The notes beneath the pieces are model-generated. The model worked only from the letters and a program-made list of their open reading frames with translations. It was not told where the DNA came from and searched no databases. Positions 63,502 through 64,000 of a stretch of DNA of 64,000 bases are shown one piece after another. A program made the position numbers and the translations under genes. Within the stretch, counting starts at the first letter, position 1; the number at the start of each line of letters is the position of its first letter. The DNA is from Amoebophrya sp. A120 (Eukaryota; Protista; Dinoflagellata). The stretch lies in assembly GCA_905178155.1 (NCBI GenBank), contig CAJINV010000007.1, positions 686,859 to 750,858 of the forward strand, in the 5' to 3' direction.

Positions 63502-63624
63502 GACCAGGGCCCCTGCTCAGACCAGGGCCCCTGGGACCAGGGCCCCCAGGACCAGGGCCCCTAGGACCAGGGCCCCTAGGACCAGGGCCCCTAGGACCAG
63601 GGCCCCTACGGATTGGGGCCCCTG
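63502..63624. repeat. 15-bp tandem repeat GACCAGGGCCCCTAG, ~7-8 copies
   Basis: Units at 63502, 63520, 63535, 63550, 63565, 63580 and 63595, plus a degenerate last copy. Confidence 0.92.
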
Positions 63625-64000
63625 CGGACTGAACGGCATCCCGGAATCTGGTACACGGCGCGGCGCGGCCGGAAGCGGAGATGTCTACCAGCGGATCTTC
63701 CAGTCGAAATAATCTGGGCCACCAAGTAAGTATGCATGTCATGGGACTCCTAGTATCTGGCCAGGAGGTAGAAGAAGGTAGGCCACAAGTAATATGGGAC
63801 GCAGTCGGCTGACTACCCAGAGCATTTCTCTCACTTTCTAGATTCCTCGACGCGCGTCGGCGTCACAAGTTCTCAGTTGTGCAGACCCAGATCTATTTAC
63901 AATGCAACGGGCATCGTTTTTTTTTGTAGTCAGCCACGTACTTGAGCTTCTCCGTCTGTCTTTTTTGGGTGGTGTCGTTGAGGAATCTTGTGCATTTTTT

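Larger units (their letters stand above)
62862..63908. mobile_element. Family A introner interrupted by a ~0.7 kb insert
   Basis: Left TIR at 62862. The body stops at ~63145. A degenerate right TIR CAGACCCAGATCTATTTACAATGCA lies at ~63882-63906. DR poorly conserved. Confidence 0.55.

Noticed and set aside
63089-63742. Collagen-like (GPGPR)n ORF
   Set aside because: It is a by-product of the 15-bp minisatellite; the period is 5 residues, not Gly-X-Y.

Overview
Eukaryotic protist DNA. By architecture it is most likely a syndinian dinoflagellate such as Amoebophrya (inference). I rebuilt nine protein-coding genes by hand, all on the + strand: DNA topoisomerase II, a YbaK/PrdX-like protein, a coiled-coil protein with an alpha-adaptin-ear-like C-terminus, a type I membrane protein, a possible glycosyltransferase-like protein, two paralogous low-complexity proteins and two unknowns. 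About 63 MITE-like introner elements interrupt their coding sequences. They are mostly 120-370 bp, fall into at least 9 terminal-inverted-repeat (TIR) families, and have TAT...ATA ends (a few degenerate) and 5-bp direct repeats (DRs). Removing an element plus one DR restores the reading frame and conserved motifs. Most elements cannot give GT-AG ends, they occur in both orientations, they share an internal TTGTVATGC/GCATBACAA motif, and I found none between genes. One introner has grown to 2.8 kb through a nested 5'-truncated non-LTR retrotransposon with an open RT ORF. A second introner carries a repeat-rich insert. A few canonical GT-AG introns coexist with them. All counts are manual.
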